From NCBI GenBank assembly GCA_964016885.1, contig OZ024740.1, forward strand, positions 365,304,001 to 365,368,000: 64,000 nucleotides of DNA, read 5' to 3'. Under the pieces are notes generated by a model that searched no databases, was not told where the DNA came from, and saw only the letters and a list, made by a program, of their open reading frames with translations. Origin of the DNA: Eledone cirrhosa. Taxonomy: Eukaryota. Of this stretch, positions 61,792-64,000 are shown piece after piece (within the stretch, counting starts at the first letter, position 1; the number at the start of each line of letters is the position of its first letter). Made by a program: the position numbers and the translations under genes.

Positions 61792-62705
61792 GTTGTTAAA
61801 ACAAAAAAACAAAAACAATAATGAAGAGTGCAGTACAAAGTATTAGTATTAGGTTCACGCTTGAGAGGGAGGGGGGGGGGGCGTTTCAGGCATAAGCCCT
61901 TCATCAGGAGAAAAGTGGGAAGGAAAAGAGTTCTGAGGGTAATGTTGCTCCACAACTATATTGTTTATGAGTTTGTTCTGATACAGATTTTTTTCACAAC
62001 TGTTATCATCAAGTAGTTTTGTGGACAAGGTCAAAATAATTGCAATGTCTTCTATGCATATAGCATTGAATTGATCTAAATTTCTCTTATATATATATAT
62101 AATCAAGGTTTAGCAAATAAGAAAAAGTTTCAAAATAAATTTCAAAAAATTCACTGTATTCACTATTGATACCTTTACCGAATCCGTTTTGAGTCTCAAA
62201 AATAAATTGACAGTCCTTGCGGCCTTCCATTGAAAAGATAAACTCTCGTCAGAAGGTTCTTTTCACTCGAAGAATATAAAATTCCCGAGTTCAAATTACG
62301 AACTGGTGCTATTCAAAATTGTTCCCGAGATGAGAATGAATGATGTGGAAGCAATTCTGTCCAGTGCCGTGTGTAAAGATAGAACACAGAGGCAGGGAGG
62401 TCAGTCTACTACCACTATAAATAGCAGCAGTCAAAACGACCAAATTTTATCTCATAGGAGAATAATAATAATAAAGTATATATCCCTACACGCAAAAAGC
62501 GTATAAGGACACATGTATTGTCCAACCATATGCCAATGTGGTTCAATGGCAGGTTAATAAATTAACGAGCCAGAACATATGTAATCAAGGTTTAGCAAAT
62601 AAGAAAACGTTTCAAAATAAATTTCATTCTCATCTCGGGAACAATTTTGAATAGTGCCAGTTCGTAATTTGAACTCGGGAATTTTATATTCTCCGAGTGA
62701 AAAGA

Positions 62706-62792
62706 ACCTTCTGACGAGAGTTTACCTTTTCAATGGAAGGCCGCAAGGACTGTCCATTTATTTTTGAGACTCGAAACCGATTCGGTAAAGGT
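62706..62792 (+). ncRNA. Type I hammerhead ribozyme, intact core, large loop II
   Basis: acctt CTGACGA gagttt [43 nt] agactc GAAA ccga t tcgg TA aaggt. The minus-strand twin at 62171-62257 has GAAA changed to AAAA. Confidence 0.8.
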
Positions 62793-62967
62793 AACAATAG
62801 TAAGTACAGTGAAGTTTTTGAAATTTATTTTGAAACTTCTTATTTGCTAAACCTTGATTATATATGTTCTGGCTCGTTAATTTATTAACCTGCCATTGAA
62901 CCACATTGGCATATGGTTGGACAATACATGTGTCCCTATACGCTTTTTGCATGTAGGGATATATACT

Positions 62968-62979
<12 letters not shown>

Positions 62980-62998
<19 letters not shown>

Positions 62999-63152
62999 AG
63001 TGTTTGTAGTTGTAAGGCCAAGACAATATATTTATATATATATATATATATATAAGTGTTTGTAGTTGTAAGGCCAAGACAATATATTTATATATATATA
63101 TATATATATAAGCGTTTGTAGTTGTAAGGCCAAGACAATATATTTATATATA
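62980..63152. repeat. Three tandem copies of (TA)n-agtgtttgtagttgtaaggccaagacaatatatt
   Basis: Direct reading. Confidence 0.9.
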
Positions 63153-63153
63153 G

Positions 63154-64000
63154 TGTCTGTTGTAAACACTAAATCCCTCCCCCATGAAGAATGCACCTCC
63201 CAACATAGACTGATAATTAGCGACCTCATAGTCAGGACGAGACGAACCCGACAGCAGAAGAGGACTATCCTCAGGAGGAAAATATGGAAACTAAAGGACC
63301 CCACAGCCAGAAATAAATTTCAAAGCATATTACTTGATGCTTTCGACAGTAAGGAAGAGCATCTAGAATCGGACAATATAGAGGGACAGTGGAAATTTCT
63401 GAAAGCAAACCTGCTGTTGGCGACAGACGAAGTCTGTGGCTGGAGCAGGCCTGTAGGCAGGAGGAGAGTAACATGGTGGTGGAACAGTAGGGTGGAGGGG
63501 TCAATTAAGGCCAAAAAGCAGGCTTGGAAAGTATGGCGGGATGGGGGAAGTAGAGTAGACTATCAAGTGGCCAGGAGGGAAGCTAGGAGAGAAGTGTACT
63601 TAGCAAGAAGGGAAGCTGAGGAAAGAAAGTTCAAGCATGTTCTACAACGCGATGACCAAAAACGTGAGGTGTTCAGGATTGCCAGGCAATGCGTCAAGGA
63701 AAACCGTGATATTGTCGGGGAGAAGTGTGTACTTAACGATGATGGCATACTTGCCATCACCGACACTGATAAGAAGGTAGCTTGGAAGTGTCACTATGAA
63801 AGGCTACTAAATGAGGAGAATAAATGGGAGAAAGACAGTCTCCCCCATATCGACCCGATAGAGGGACCAGCAGTGTTAGTCGAGGGGAGTATAATAAGTA
63901 AGGCAATCAAGGATATGAAGACTGGTAAGGCGGCTGGGCCTTCGGAAATAGTTGCTGAGATGCTGAAGGCATCTGGCACGGTGGGACACACCATGGTCAC
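63154..64000 (+). mobile_element. RTE LINE fragment (end of endonuclease, linker, start of RT); runs off the window
   Basis: Peptides like EECTSQHRL, RRKIWKLKDP, TWWWN, AWKCHYERLLNEEN and KAAGPSEIVAEMLKASG across frames, homologous to the 56179 copy; contains frameshifts/stops. Confidence 0.85.

Overview
AT-rich, repeat-dense eukaryotic DNA, most likely from an octopod cephalopod (inferred from the SINE/RTE repertoire, not proven). One host gene is clear: the last two coding exons (15633-16105 and a 4.65-kb exon at 17438-22087, + strand) of a BCL9/Legless Wnt co-activator with recognisable HD1, HD2 and HD3 domains; no start exon was found upstream in the window. The rest is mobile DNA: RTE LINE copies carrying a PHD-like C4HC3 insert, CR1-, R4/Dong-, Hero- and Vingi-like fragments, two SINE families, TTAA MITEs, non-autonomous Helitrons and a 2.65-kb ~49-bp satellite. 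The main unexpected signal is non-coding. Six type I hammerhead ribozyme motifs have intact cores, one has a core variant, and about ten more are degenerate. They come from several unrelated sequence families, and most have a short palindromic stem III. They lie in short, ORF-less, usually (TA)n-flanked elements that are head-to-head palindromes (a ribozyme on each strand) or partial tandems, which resembles Penelope-like-element pLTRs or retrozymes. A 799-bp inversion that splits one ribozyme and one SINE can be reconstructed from the sequence alone. All calls were made by eye and coordinates of degenerate repeats are approximate.
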